Shown here: positions 50,068 to 61,196 of the stretch, piece by piece | Layout: each line of letters begins with the position of its first letter | Position numbering within the stretch: the stretch's first letter is position 1 | Virus record (IMG/VR): IMGVR_UViG_3300037606_000123 | Location: 32,001 to 96,000 of that record | Direction: 5' to 3' (one strand) | From: a virus | DNA length: 64,000 bases | Made by a program: the position numbers and the translations under genes | Notes under the pieces: model-generated | What the model was told of the DNA's origin: nothing | The model's database searches: none | What the model saw: the letters and a program-made list of their open reading frames with translations, nothing else

Positions 50068-50450
50068 TGATAACTAATATAAATGAATTCAAAAAAAATA
50101 ATAAAGAAGCAACATACGACAATTTAGCTGATGATATTACTATTATAAATAAAGAAACATTAGAACCGATTAACTCCGACGAATATGAAATTGATCAAAT
50201 AATAGATATTATTACAGATCAAGAAGAAATTAAAAAATTTGAAGGTGCATCAAATATTTCAAAAACAGATTTAACATATAAAACAGTTGATAGAAATGAT
50301 ATATTGTGGATTACTGTTATGTTAAAATCACGTAATAACTCATCAGCATATCCGTTGGGAGAACTTGGGGTTGTTAAAGTGAAGGTTCTTCAAACATTTT
50401 ATGGTTTAAATAAATTAAAACAATTAAAAACAACAGATAAAATTTATTAA
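50067..50450 (+). CDS. Hypothetical protein with MITNINEF N-terminus
   Basis: Shared N-terminal motif. Confidence 0.65.
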   Translation: MITNINEFKKNNKEATYDNLADDITIINKETLEPINSDEYEIDQIIDIITDQEEIKKFEGASNISKTDLTYKTVDRNDILWITVMLKSRNNSSAYPLGELGVVKVKVLQTFYGLNKLKQLKTTDKIY

Positions 50451-50479
50451 ACATATTTTAATTTAATTGTAATATAATT

Positions 50480-51196
50480 ATGAATTATAATTATATTGGG
50501 ATTGATACATCACTAAGTTCTACAGGCTTATACATTTGTTTAAAAGATGGTAGCGAACATTATTACAACTATCGTAATACCGATAAATTAACTAAATGGC
50601 ATAAAATTTTAGATTTCATAAATTATTTTGATTATCAAAATATTAAATTAGATAATTATTCTGATACAGAAATAGCAAAAATCATTCAATATAATAAAGT
50701 TACAGATCAAATGGTTACAGATATTTTAAAACATTGCATACCACAAGAAACAAAAATAATAACAGAAGGGTATTCGTATTCTTCTTCAAATACATCATCA
50801 TTAATTGATTTAATTTCTTATGCTACTTTATTAAGAAATAAATTAATCCAATTAGATTTTAATGATTTTATAATTAAATCACCGTCAACATTAAAATTAG
50901 ATTGTTGTAAATCAACATATATTCCAATAGAAAAAATTATTGGTGGAAAAAAACCAAGGATAGAATTAATTTACAGAAATGATGAAGGTATTGCAGGTGG
51001 TAAATTTACAAAACGTGAAATGTTAAAATCGATATTTGATCACCCAAATGTTAATGTATATATACAAAAAATATTAGATTTTCACATTGTTGATCTACTA
51101 AAAATGAAAAACATACCGAAACCTATTGATGATGTTGTTGATGCTGTTTGGTTAGCATGGACAGAAATATTAGTAAATGAAAACCTTATCAATTGA
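50480..51196 (+). CDS. RuvC-like Holliday junction resolvase
   Basis: IGIDTSLSSTG, ITEGYSY, SPSTLK, DDVVDA. Confidence 0.75.
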   Translation: MNYNYIGIDTSLSSTGLYICLKDGSEHYYNYRNTDKLTKWHKILDFINYFDYQNIKLDNYSDTEIAKIIQYNKVTDQMVTDILKHCIPQETKIITEGYSYSSSNTSSLIDLISYATLLRNKLIQLDFNDFIIKSPSTLKLDCCKSTYIPIEKIIGGKKPRIELIYRNDEGIAGGKFTKREMLKSIFDHPNVNVYIQKILDFHIVDLLKMKNIPKPIDDVVDAVWLAWTEILVNENLIN

Positions 51197-51222
51197 TGAG
51201 GTTTTTTTAATATATAACTTTA

Positions 51223-52419
51223 ATGATTACAACTATAAATGATTTTAAAAATATAAATGAAGCATCAAAAAAGAAAACTGATGGTTTTGATTTATTTATT
51301 ATAGATACACAAAAAGAAAATAATAAAATGTTTAATGATGATAATTTAAAATCATTAAATAATTATAGTAAAGATTTTTCAAGAGTATTTCAATTATGGA
51401 ATAGTACAAACACATCAAAACCAAGTTATGAATTTAATAACCAAGTTAAATTTTATAGTACACAACAAGGTAGAAAATTATCATTAACAGATGTTTCATT
51501 ATTATTTCATAAACCACAACAAGAAAATATTATAAATAGAATTAAAAATATACCAGATGATTATGAAATGTTCGAAACAATTCATAATGAAATTTGGTTT
51601 TATTTAGGTTTTGATAAATGGTTTTTATTAACAACAGAATTAGTTAAATTATTTAAAACATTTAAAAAACAAAACCGTAAAATTATTATTACAGGTGTAA
51701 AAAAATCATGTAATTTAATTTATCATATAATGCGAAAAATGGAAATTGATGTAGAATATAATTTTGAATTTATTTTTGATGGTACACCAAGTGTATTAAA
51801 AGAATCTAAAAACATGTCAGGTGAAATTGAATATATTAAAAATCATTTAGATCATAATCGAGGACAAGATGATTATCATATGGATATGGTATTAGATGAT
51901 AATGTATTAGCATATGTTGATTATTCATTATATCGCGGTAAATTACATATTAAAATGATTGAAACTGTAATTAAAAATAAAGGTTATGGTTTAATGTTAA
52001 TGAGAGAACTTGCAAAAGATTATGGTTATGAAAATATAGAACGAAATCAATTAACACCAGATGGAATGAAAATGCGTAAAAAATTAGATGATGAATTTAA
52101 TTTTGATTATGAAAAACATATAAAAAATCAAAATAAACATATAAAAGCAGACGTAATTAAAGATATAAGAATAAAAAATTCTATAGTAGCAGATTTTTTA
52201 AGTGATATATTATTATTAGGTTCTGATGAAACATGGAAAAAATGGTTGAAACGTTCAGATTATAATGATATAAATAATAAATTAGTATTAGATTTTAACT
52301 TAGATTTTAATGATATTAGTGATATATCTACATGGATTAAAAATTCACCGACTAATAACAATGATATATTACAAGATGTACCATATAATATTAAAAATGA
52401 TTTAAATAAATTATTATGA
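51223..52419 (+). CDS. Putative internal head protein, two-domain, with GNAT-like segment
   Basis: MITTINDFKNINE; IKMIETVIKNKGYGLMLM. Confidence 0.6.
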   Translation: MITTINDFKNINEASKKKTDGFDLFIIDTQKENNKMFNDDNLKSLNNYSKDFSRVFQLWNSTNTSKPSYEFNNQVKFYSTQQGRKLSLTDVSLLFHKPQQENIINRIKNIPDDYEMFETIHNEIWFYLGFDKWFLLTTELVKLFKTFKKQNRKIIITGVKKSCNLIYHIMRKMEIDVEYNFEFIFDGTPSVLKESKNMSGEIEYIKNHLDHNRGQDDYHMDMVLDDNVLAYVDYSLYRGKLHIKMIETVIKNKGYGLMLMRELAKDYGYENIERNQLTPDGMKMRKKLDDEFNFDYEKHIKNQNKHIKADVIKDIRIKNSIVADFLSDILLLGSDETWKKWLKRSDYNDINNKLVLDFNLDFNDISDISTWIKNSPTNNNDILQDVPYNIKNDLNKLL

Positions 52420-52928
52420 TAACAAATATTTTAAATTTTAAAATATTTGAATCTGGTTTAAATAATGTTAAAATATATAATTCAGATGAATTTTATGAAT
52501 ACATTTCTACTAATGGACCACAAAAAACATTTGATCCTAGATTTTTACGTAAAAATGATGGTGGTAAAAAGGCATTTAAATATTACGAATATCAAGATTA
52601 TAGTTCAATGTATGTAAATGTTGATAATACTATATTTTTTGGAATATTTGAAAATGATATAATGGTTGGACTTTCAAGAATTTATTTAAATGATATAAAT
52701 AAATCAAAAAATATTTGGTGGTTAACTTATTTATGTATTGATCCAATATATGAAGGTAAAGGATATGCTACACAATTAGCTGATTATATATTTAAATATT
52801 TTAAACAAAACAATTATACATTTGAAACATCTTCTTATACTGAACAAGGATTTATTAAATTAAAACCATTATTTAATCGTTTAGCATTAAAATATAATGT
52901 TACATTTATAGATAAAGAAAAATTCTAA
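52416..52928 (+). CDS. GNAT acetyltransferase with capsid-targeting-like N-terminus
   Basis: MITNILNFKIFES; LCIDPIYEGKGYATQL. Confidence 0.8.
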   Translation: MITNILNFKIFESGLNNVKIYNSDEFYEYISTNGPQKTFDPRFLRKNDGGKKAFKYYEYQDYSSMYVNVDNTIFFGIFENDIMVGLSRIYLNDINKSKNIWWLTYLCIDPIYEGKGYATQLADYIFKYFKQNNYTFETSSYTEQGFIKLKPLFNRLALKYNVTFIDKEKF

Positions 52929-53021
52929 AAATATTTTTTTAATATTAAACTTTTTATACAATATTTCATATAATATGTATCAATATAATGAATAAAAAGA
53001 ATAAAAAGAATTTAAAAAATT

Positions 53022-54038
53022 ATGGAAGATGTATTTAATTTAGAAGGATCGGGGTCCAATTCATATTTGAATGACACGAAAAAAACAGATGATGGTTTAT
53101 TAAGACCAAAATTAGAAGAGGGTAAAGATGGAAAAAGAGAATTAGTAGTTCGTATTTTACCAAATTTATCAAGAGAGGGTAAAATCGGCTCAACAGCAAT
53201 GGAAAAGCATATACATTATGCAAACTTCAAAAACAATCCTGAATTACAGGGATATTTTGATTGTTTAAAAAATGCAAATATAGCAAAAGATTGTCCTTTA
53301 TGTAAAACATATTGGAATTTGAAAAATTCTAAAAATCCAGCAGATGATGATAAAGCAAAATTAATTAATCGTTCAACAAAATATTATGCTTATGCATATG
53401 TTGTTGAAGATACACAAGTACCAGAAAATGAAGGTAAAATTTTTATTTTTCCGTTTGGATATAAGATTTTCCAAAAAATCAAAATGAAAGCTGAAAGCAC
53501 ACGTAAACCAGTTAAAGTTGAAGATTTAATTTATGGTGCAAATTTGAATTTAGTTATTCAAGAAGTTGGTGGTTATTATAACTACGATGCTTCTGAATTT
53601 GAATCTCCTGAACCAATTGAATTTAATGGTAAACAATTAGTTGTTGCTGCTGATGGATCAATTTCAAAAGAAGAAAAAACTAGAGTGTTTGAATTCTTAT
53701 TATCAAGAGAACACGATTTAGAATCATTTATGCCATCAGATTGGACAGCTGAACAATATGATAAAGTGGATAAAATTGTTGCATTGTTATCAGGTGTAAG
53801 TTATTCAGGTACAAGTTCATCAGCACCAACAGAAAAAGTTAGTACTACATTAACAAGTGCATCAGTATTTGATGATGATGATGATGATGATGATGAACCA
53901 GAAGTTGTTGCTGAAAAAGCACCTCGAAAAAAAGTTGCAAAAATTGTAGACGAAGATGAAGATGAAGATACTGTAACAACAGTAAAAGCAGCAAAGAAAA
54001 AAGCTGCAGCTTTTTTCTTTGATTCCGAAGAAGATTAA
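53022..54038 (+). CDS. Single-stranded DNA-binding protein (T4 gp32-like)
   Basis: VRILP, DC..CPLC, KYYAY, YGANLNL, NYDASEF, acidic C-tail. Confidence 0.85.
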   Translation: MEDVFNLEGSGSNSYLNDTKKTDDGLLRPKLEEGKDGKRELVVRILPNLSREGKIGSTAMEKHIHYANFKNNPELQGYFDCLKNANIAKDCPLCKTYWNLKNSKNPADDDKAKLINRSTKYYAYAYVVEDTQVPENEGKIFIFPFGYKIFQKIKMKAESTRKPVKVEDLIYGANLNLVIQEVGGYYNYDASEFESPEPIEFNGKQLVVAADGSISKEEKTRVFEFLLSREHDLESFMPSDWTAEQYDKVDKIVALLSGVSYSGTSSSAPTEKVSTTLTSASVFDDDDDDDDEPEVVAEKAPRKKVAKIVDEDEDEDTVTTVKAAKKKAAAFFFDSEED

Positions 54039-54059
54039 TATAATTTTTTAATATAATTA

Positions 54060-54095
54060 AAAAAAAAGAGTATTCATATGAATACTCTTTTTTTT
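54060..54095. terminator. Bidirectional palindromic terminator
   Basis: A8-GAGTATTCAT|ATGAATACTC-T8. Confidence 0.8.
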
Positions 54096-54107
54096 ATTAT
54101 AAAAATT

Positions 54108-55493
54108 TTATTGATTTATTTGTTTATTAAATTTTTTAGAACGAATTCCAACTAATTCACCAGATAAATATCTTGGATCATCTTTATCAATTCTATATAC
54201 GATACCATTACAATCTTTAGTGACAATTTTATTTTTTGCAATTCCAACTAATTCACCAGATAAAAATCTTGGATCGTTTATATCTACTTGAAAATTATTT
54301 TCATCTTTATCTTTAACAATAATTTTATTTTTTGCAATTCCAACTAATTCACCAGATAAGTATCTTGGATCATCTTTATCAATTCTATCTACAATACCAT
54401 TACAATCTTTAACTGAAACTTTACCGGTAGCAATTCCAACTAATTCACCAGATAAAAATCTTGGATCGTTTACATCTACTTGAAAATTATTTCCATCTTT
54501 ATCTTTAACAACAACTTTATTTTTAGTAAATGTAATTAATTCACCATTTTTAAATCTTTCATCATTTTTATCAACATGATATATATTTCCATCTTTATCT
54601 TTCACACCTATTTTATTTTTTGAAAAACAATAAAAATTATCAGTTTTATAAAATGGATCATCTTTATCAACATAATATATATTACCATCAATATCTTTAA
54701 TATTCATTTTACCTGTTGATACCGCAACTAGTTCACCAGATAAATATCTTGGATCTGTTATATCTACTTGATAAAATTTACCATCTTTATCTTTTACAGA
54801 AATTTTACCTACAGTAATTGGAATTAATTCACCAGATAAATATCTTGGATCTGTTATATCTACTTGATAATTGTTTCCATATTTATCTTTAACTTGAACT
54901 TTACCTACAGCAATTGGAATTAATTCTCCAGATAAATATCTTGGATTTGTTATATCTACCTGTAATGTATTTCCGTCTTTATCTTTTACGACAACTTTAT
55001 CAGTCATAATAAACTTTAATTCTCCAGATAAATATCTTGGATCTGTTATATCTACTTGACAATTATTTCCATCTTTGTCTTTTACAGTTACTTTATCAGT
55101 AGCAATAAATTTTAATTCACCAGATAAATATCTTGGATCTATTTTATCAATAAAATAATTATTTCCAATGTTATCTTTAACTATAACTTTACCCTTATTA
55201 TTAATAGTTCCACCTAATATAATATTATATGTATCTTTTCTTAAAACAAAGTCATCATTTACTAATTCTAGTTCTTTATTTAACATATCTATTTTATTAT
55301 CAAAAATATGTAATATTTCTTTTTTAAAATTTTCTTTTCCGTGTTTTTTAATAGATAATTTTAATTTTTTACCACTACCCAGATAATTATCATTTATATT
55401 ATCTGTTATATGACATCCAATATAAATTTTATTATTAATTAGATTTATTGTTTGATAAATTATATATTTTAACTCGTTTTGTGTATTGTTCAT
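54108..55493 (-). CDS. GIY-YIG homing endonuclease with 11 C-terminal 32-aa repeats (start revised to MNNTQ)
   Basis: YIIYQT..KIYIGCH..YLGSG; KVxVKDKDG..DPRYLSGEL repeats. Confidence 0.85.
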   Translation of the reverse strand: MNNTQNELKYIIYQTINLINNKIYIGCHITDNINDNYLGSGKKLKLSIKKHGKENFKKEILHIFDNKIDMLNKELELVNDDFVLRKDTYNIILGGTINNKGKVIVKDNIGNNYFIDKIDPRYLSGELKFIATDKVTVKDKDGNNCQVDITDPRYLSGELKFIMTDKVVVKDKDGNTLQVDITNPRYLSGELIPIAVGKVQVKDKYGNNYQVDITDPRYLSGELIPITVGKISVKDKDGKFYQVDITDPRYLSGELVAVSTGKMNIKDIDGNIYYVDKDDPFYKTDNFYCFSKNKIGVKDKDGNIYHVDKNDERFKNGELITFTKNKVVVKDKDGNNFQVDVNDPRFLSGELVGIATGKVSVKDCNGIVDRIDKDDPRYLSGELVGIAKNKIIVKDKDENNFQVDINDPRFLSGELVGIAKNKIVTKDCNGIVYRIDKDDPRYLSGELVGIRSKKFNKQINQ

Positions 55494-55519
55494 AATATAT
55501 ATATTAATAATAAAAAGTG

Positions 55520-55561
55520 AAAAAAGCTGCAGCATTTTTTGAAGACGAAGACGAAGATTAA
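55520..55561 (+). pseudogene. Displaced copy of the SSB 3' end (KAAAFFEDEDED*)
   Basis: AAAAAGCTGCAGC..GAAGATTAA matches 53998-54038. Confidence 0.75.
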
Positions 55562-55675
55562 TTTTCACAGTTTTTTTTTTTTTTTTTTAAAACCTCATTA
55601 TAATATAATGAGGTTTTTTATTTTAAACATATTAATAAATTAAACGTATAAATATAAATATAAATAAAAACAAAT

Positions 55676-56674
55676 ATGGAAAATATTTTAAATAAATCAT
55701 ATAAACGAAAAAATGATGTTAATTCAGATATATTTACAGCATTAAGTATTGATAACGATTTTGTTATTTTTTCTAATGGTGCTAAATGTAAAATTGCAAC
55801 ATTAATGACAGATTTTGTTGTGTCTGATAATAATTTTGAAAATGTATCAGAATCTGTTAATTTAGAACTTAATCCTGATACATTTTTTGATACACCATTA
55901 AACACAAATGATCCGGTTTATGATCAATTAGATCAAGCTGTAATAACACCTGGACAACAAACACATTCACAAAAATTACGCAATAGTGTATCATTAGACG
56001 AATCTGTTCCAAATAAACCATTACAAATAAACGCTATAAATAAAAATGGTTTAAATTTAGGTAATGATGATAATAATGATTTAAATAATAATACACAAAA
56101 TTCAACATATAATGAAAATAGATTACCGGAATGGGATGTTTTTGATCGTGTTAAAAAATCAGAAGAAATTGATTTTGAATTAACATTTAAAATAAAATTA
56201 CCAAAAGCACAAAAAATTGATGCATTGAATGATATGTTTGAAACATCATTTATAAATTATTTAGCAAAACAATACATTAAAGATAATGTTATTAATAATA
56301 CAATTGATTTACAATTAACAATTAAAGATGCAATTGAAAAATGGGTTGATGATAGTATTTATGGAAATAAAAAAACCACTACTAAAAAAACACGTAAACC
56401 TATAGTTAAAACTGAAGTTAAAACTGAAGTTGATGATAATATAAATACACAACTAGATAGTACAAATACATCAGATTTTTTTAATAATATACAACAACCT
56501 ATATGGGATGGCGATTTAAAAAAAATAATATTAATTAATACACAAGAACAATATATTGCTGTACAAAAACAATTAAATATATTAAGAGAAAATAATCCCG
56601 ATTCTATAGATATTGATAGATATGAGGATTTAATGTTAATTTATGATGAACAAATAAAAGATATAAAAAAATAA
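55676..56674 (+). CDS. Hypothetical protein
   Basis: Intact 332-aa ORF. Confidence 0.7.
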   Translation: MENILNKSYKRKNDVNSDIFTALSIDNDFVIFSNGAKCKIATLMTDFVVSDNNFENVSESVNLELNPDTFFDTPLNTNDPVYDQLDQAVITPGQQTHSQKLRNSVSLDESVPNKPLQINAINKNGLNLGNDDNNDLNNNTQNSTYNENRLPEWDVFDRVKKSEEIDFELTFKIKLPKAQKIDALNDMFETSFINYLAKQYIKDNVINNTIDLQLTIKDAIEKWVDDSIYGNKKTTTKKTRKPIVKTEVKTEVDDNINTQLDSTNTSDFFNNIQQPIWDGDLKKIILINTQEQYIAVQKQLNILRENNPDSIDIDRYEDLMLIYDEQIKDIKK

Positions 56675-56678
56675 AAAT

Positions 56679-57074
56679 ATGAAAATTGATTTACTATACA
56701 TAAAAGAATCTAAAAGAATTATTGATACATATGATGAACTAATTGAATATGTAAATAGTATTTATACTATATTAGATAATAATAAAAATATATTATTAGA
56801 TATTCAAAAAGATATTTATAATATTGATAATGATAACAAAGAAACAAAATTAGTAAGCTTAGAAAAATTACAAGAATGTATTTTAGAATACGATAAAGAA
56901 ATAATAAAAATTCAAAAAGAATTAAATCCATATCTTACTAAAATAGAAAAAGTAAAAAAAGATAGTGTTTTATTATATAAAACCATTAAAGAAAACTATC
57001 CAGGTGTATCTGATACAGATTTACAAATACAAATACAAACACAAATAAAAGAATTAAAAAAAGAGGAATTATAA
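56679..57074 (+). CDS. Hypothetical coiled-coil protein
   Basis: Intact ORF ending in a palindromic terminator at 57056-57087. Confidence 0.65.
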   Translation: MKIDLLYIKESKRIIDTYDELIEYVNSIYTILDNNKNILLDIQKDIYNIDNDNKETKLVSLEKLQECILEYDKEIIKIQKELNPYLTKIEKVKKDSVLLYKTIKENYPGVSDTDLQIQIQTQIKELKKEEL

Positions 57075-57086
57075 TTCCTCTTTTTT

Positions 57087-60000
57087 TTAATCAAAAAACC
57101 CATTTATAACTGAATACGTTTTAACTGTTTTATGTGTTGTAGCATAACCAGAATGCCAATATACTTCAACAGTAAAATGTGGATCTACATTTGTATTAAT
57201 TGTTATTGATGTAGATCCAGCTGTATACATGTAATCACGAGCTATTTGTATATTTTGTAATGATTCTAAATTAGATATTTCCCAATTTACTGTAAACCCT
57301 GGTTCATTTCCAACGATAGTATTACTTATACATTTCCATATTTTATTATTATTATAAACAAAAACACCAACATTATATGTTAAATTTTCATCCCATACAT
57401 TAACATCAAATGTACGTATAACATATTCAAACCATTCAATAGTTTCAGCACTAAAAAATTCTACACTAATATCATATGAATTAGACCCCATTGTTGTTGG
57501 TTGTAAATAACCACTGACTTTAAAATCTACAGGTGATGCATATTCTTCAACTCTGAAATTTTTTGTCATATATGTTTCGTGTTTTAAATTAAAATTTTGT
57601 GGCATAACATACTTACCATTAATATCTAATATTTTTGTTCCGAAAGGAATAATATTTTCAGTTAACCATTTTTTTAAACCAAGTAATTTAATTTTCACTT
57701 CTTCTAATGAATATGCATTTATAAAATTACCATCAATATCTGTTATTTTATAATTTAAAGAGAATAAATTTGTTTTTCTAAATCCTTCATTACGTAAATT
57801 TTCGTATGCTAAATTTGAATATTCCCAACCGTCAATAGATTTATCAAGAATATTTAATAATTCCATATTTAATAACTGCCCAAATTTTGAACTTTCTGGA
57901 TTAATGTTTTGAAAATATTCTGTAAACGTAAGATCATTATATCCAAAAAAATTAATTGCATGAATAACGCTTTTATAATTAGATAAATTATTAAAAATTT
58001 CTGGATATATTTCTATTAATTCTTTTCTTTTTCTATTTAAAAATATCCAATCAATACCTTTTTCACTAATGTCAACATCTTTAAAAATATAAATATCTTG
58101 TAATTTTAAAATATTTAAATTTTTATTATTTAAATTTATTTTATGTCTTTCATCTTCACTTTCACTTTCACCGTAAACATCAAAATATGCAATAACTTTT
58201 GGTACAATATTTAATTGTAAATTGAAACGTCTATTTGATACTATTGCATTACCAGATATATCATAATATGGTGCTATTGGTGAAGCTACTACTTTTACAG
58301 ATGTTTCTGGAAGTACATCTGTATTAAATATAATTTTATGCATTTGTACTTCTTTAATCATATATTTTTTACCACTATTTAACATTGTAGCAATTTTTAA
58401 TCCATCTGAATTTGTGTCAGTTGCTATAAATTGAACAATTTGACCTGGATTAAAACCTAAAAATAAAAAATTAAATGTAGTTGTTGGAGATTGTAATTCT
58501 AAATAATTATCATTAAACACCCATAAATCGTCAGTTAAATTTATATTTGTTGTTACATCATATTTAATATTTTCAATCATTTCCATATAAACACGGGCTT
58601 TATTCCAACCTTCAATTTCTGCATTATACCCTATAAATAATTGTAAAGGATCAGGTTCAATTCCAGCATTAACGTTATCATCGGTAAATGGTAATTTATA
58701 TTTAATTTCATTAAATACAGTTTGTTGTTTAACTGGGTTATTTACATCATTTAAAATAGTATTTGGTTTATCAATTAATTTTAATGTTATTTCACCATCC
58801 GGACCACATAACGGCATAATACCATTATAAGTCGGAAAAAATTCTGATACTGGTTTTAATTGATTACCTGTAAAATCATAAAAGAAAAAATCATTTATTT
58901 CTGTGTCTTTCCATGTAAAATTAATATTACATTCTAAATCATTTTCACTAAAACCATATTTAGGAAATCTTATAAAATAATCTGAAATTATATTTAAATC
59001 AAAAACTGGTAATCCTTGTTGCCAAAATGCACCTTGATATGATAATGAAATAATTTCATTATCTAAACTAATAATATTATATGATTTATTTTGTGGAACT
59101 TTAATAGCTCCAGATATAGATATTTTTTGTCCTGTAGAATAATAATCTAAAAAATTATAAACACCAGCATTACATCTTATTTCATTTCCACTTATAATTG
59201 AACCTATACTATTTGTAGTATGATTAGTTTCGTATACAGATAAATCACCAGATTTAGGAATATATCCGATATTATATTTTATATCTAATATTTTTTCTGT
59301 ATCTAATAAATTAAAATGTATTTTATTTGCAGTATTAGAAACTAATATTCCTAATGTTCTTAATATTGCTTGATATGTATTTATCCATTTTGTTACTGTT
59401 ATTATATCATTTGTATCAAATGTGACAATATAATTATTATCGTTTATATTTAATAATAATTGTGATTTTATATTATTAAATTCTATATCTTTATATTGTA
59501 CATAAAAAATTGTATTATCACCAAAATTTAATTCAACAAATACTGGAACATTTGGGTAATCACATGTAATATTTAAAGTATCACCTAATACTGTTGTATT
59601 TGTTTGTGAAATATTAATACCAATACTTGCTAATACTGTAGAATAAACTGTAATAAAATCACCAATTGTGTTATTAATATCAGTATCAAAATCAACATCG
59701 TATGTAATACCATTAATTCTAAGATTTAAACCAAATGCATCAATTGAATTAAATATTATATTACGGTTATATAATGTACTATCAGAAAGAATATTATCTT
59801 CTATCGTTAATGCTTCTTTAACAAATAATGGATAAATTGTATATTGATTAATTAATACTGGATAATTTGTTATAATATTACTAGAATTAATTACATTTAC
59901 ATTAATTGATGTATATGTTTCAACATAATCAGAAATTATATGCAATTCATCAGTTTCTGTAATATACTCTAATCTATTTCCACCTGGTAAATTTAATAAT

Positions 60001-61130
60001 TCATCTTTATATTTATTTACAATTGTCCAATATGTTAATGGTAATGAATATGTATTATTATTATCTAATACTATATCTTGTTCTATTGTAAATATATTTG
60101 TTGCTAAATAAATATAACAATCAATAATTTGTACACCAACTGACGTATTTACAGTTATTGTATTTGTTAATTTATCAAGACCAATTATTGTATACTGTAT
60201 TAAATTCGATAATAATAATGGCGTTGTCTTTATTTGTGCTTGTATGGTATCACCAATTTTTAAAAATGATGGTATATATGGTATATTTATATTGGACACA
60301 CCAGAACCACCAAAATCAACTACACCGTCAACTAATTGTATATTAGTTGTTCTCAATTCTATATCAATTTTTAATTTGTCACCTATTGTTGGAGCAAACA
60401 ATGCTGGTGATAATTTAATAAAATCTCTTGTATAATCATTACAAACTGTATCTATAGTATAAATACCACTATTTTCAGAATTAGTAATATATGATATTTT
60501 TTTATTATTGTATATTTTTGCAGTTAATCCAGTTTCATTCCATAATGGTTCTGCTGGTAAACCTGTTAAACTTTGTTGCACCTCAATAATATTTACCGGT
60601 ACAATCATTGCAGTTGTTGCTATAAATGGTGCTAATGTAATATTGTTTGTTGTATCTGTCCAAACTAATATTTTACCGTTTTGTACACCTAAAACCTTTC
60701 TAACTTGTAAGTTACCATTTATAGTGTTAAAATCAGTGTTATGATAACCATTTAAACCAGTAATATAACACCACATACCCGGATAAAAATATTTTTCTAT
60801 ATTATCGGCATAAATCCATTTAGTATTATAATTAGAATTTTCATTAACTAATTCAATATTATTTATAATTAATTCAGTTGCATCATATTTTGGATATGTT
60901 CTAAATCCATTCGTATTAAATACTTGAAATTTTTCTAAATGTGTTTGAAGTGAATTATTTGAACCTGGCACTTTTTCAAACATATAAATACCTTGTGTTT
61001 TATATGTATCTGTTGAATTTTTATCGAAATATATTTTTCCATTCCACATGTTTAAATCAGAATCAAAATTTAAATTCATTGGATTACCTTCTTTATTGAA
61101 AAACAATAAGTCTTTTACTTGTAATGTCAT
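57087..61130 (-). CDS. Large virion structural protein (baseplate-wedge-like, 1347 aa)
   Basis: YKSVIHAINFFGY resembles wedge/P2 gpI-type motifs; beta-rich. Confidence 0.55.
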   Translation of the reverse strand: MTLQVKDLLFFNKEGNPMNLNFDSDLNMWNGKIYFDKNSTDTYKTQGIYMFEKVPGSNNSLQTHLEKFQVFNTNGFRTYPKYDATELIINNIELVNENSNYNTKWIYADNIEKYFYPGMWCYITGLNGYHNTDFNTINGNLQVRKVLGVQNGKILVWTDTTNNITLAPFIATTAMIVPVNIIEVQQSLTGLPAEPLWNETGLTAKIYNNKKISYITNSENSGIYTIDTVCNDYTRDFIKLSPALFAPTIGDKLKIDIELRTTNIQLVDGVVDFGGSGVSNINIPYIPSFLKIGDTIQAQIKTTPLLLSNLIQYTIIGLDKLTNTITVNTSVGVQIIDCYIYLATNIFTIEQDIVLDNNNTYSLPLTYWTIVNKYKDELLNLPGGNRLEYITETDELHIISDYVETYTSINVNVINSSNIITNYPVLINQYTIYPLFVKEALTIEDNILSDSTLYNRNIIFNSIDAFGLNLRINGITYDVDFDTDINNTIGDFITVYSTVLASIGINISQTNTTVLGDTLNITCDYPNVPVFVELNFGDNTIFYVQYKDIEFNNIKSQLLLNINDNNYIVTFDTNDIITVTKWINTYQAILRTLGILVSNTANKIHFNLLDTEKILDIKYNIGYIPKSGDLSVYETNHTTNSIGSIISGNEIRCNAGVYNFLDYYSTGQKISISGAIKVPQNKSYNIISLDNEIISLSYQGAFWQQGLPVFDLNIISDYFIRFPKYGFSENDLECNINFTWKDTEINDFFFYDFTGNQLKPVSEFFPTYNGIMPLCGPDGEITLKLIDKPNTILNDVNNPVKQQTVFNEIKYKLPFTDDNVNAGIEPDPLQLFIGYNAEIEGWNKARVYMEMIENIKYDVTTNINLTDDLWVFNDNYLELQSPTTTFNFLFLGFNPGQIVQFIATDTNSDGLKIATMLNSGKKYMIKEVQMHKIIFNTDVLPETSVKVVASPIAPYYDISGNAIVSNRRFNLQLNIVPKVIAYFDVYGESESEDERHKINLNNKNLNILKLQDIYIFKDVDISEKGIDWIFLNRKRKELIEIYPEIFNNLSNYKSVIHAINFFGYNDLTFTEYFQNINPESSKFGQLLNMELLNILDKSIDGWEYSNLAYENLRNEGFRKTNLFSLNYKITDIDGNFINAYSLEEVKIKLLGLKKWLTENIIPFGTKILDINGKYVMPQNFNLKHETYMTKNFRVEEYASPVDFKVSGYLQPTTMGSNSYDISVEFFSAETIEWFEYVIRTFDVNVWDENLTYNVGVFVYNNNKIWKCISNTIVGNEPGFTVNWEISNLESLQNIQIARDYMYTAGSTSITINTNVDPHFTVEVYWHSGYATTHKTVKTYSVINGFFD

Positions 61131-61196
61131 AAAATATATATTAAAGAATTAAACTTTTGTATATAATCTTTATAAAATTATTATTATATTTGTAAT

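Noticed and set aside
55494-55568. N-terminal extension of the GIY-YIG ORF in the track
   Set aside because: It is the antisense read of the displaced SSB tail; MNNTQ is the more plausible start
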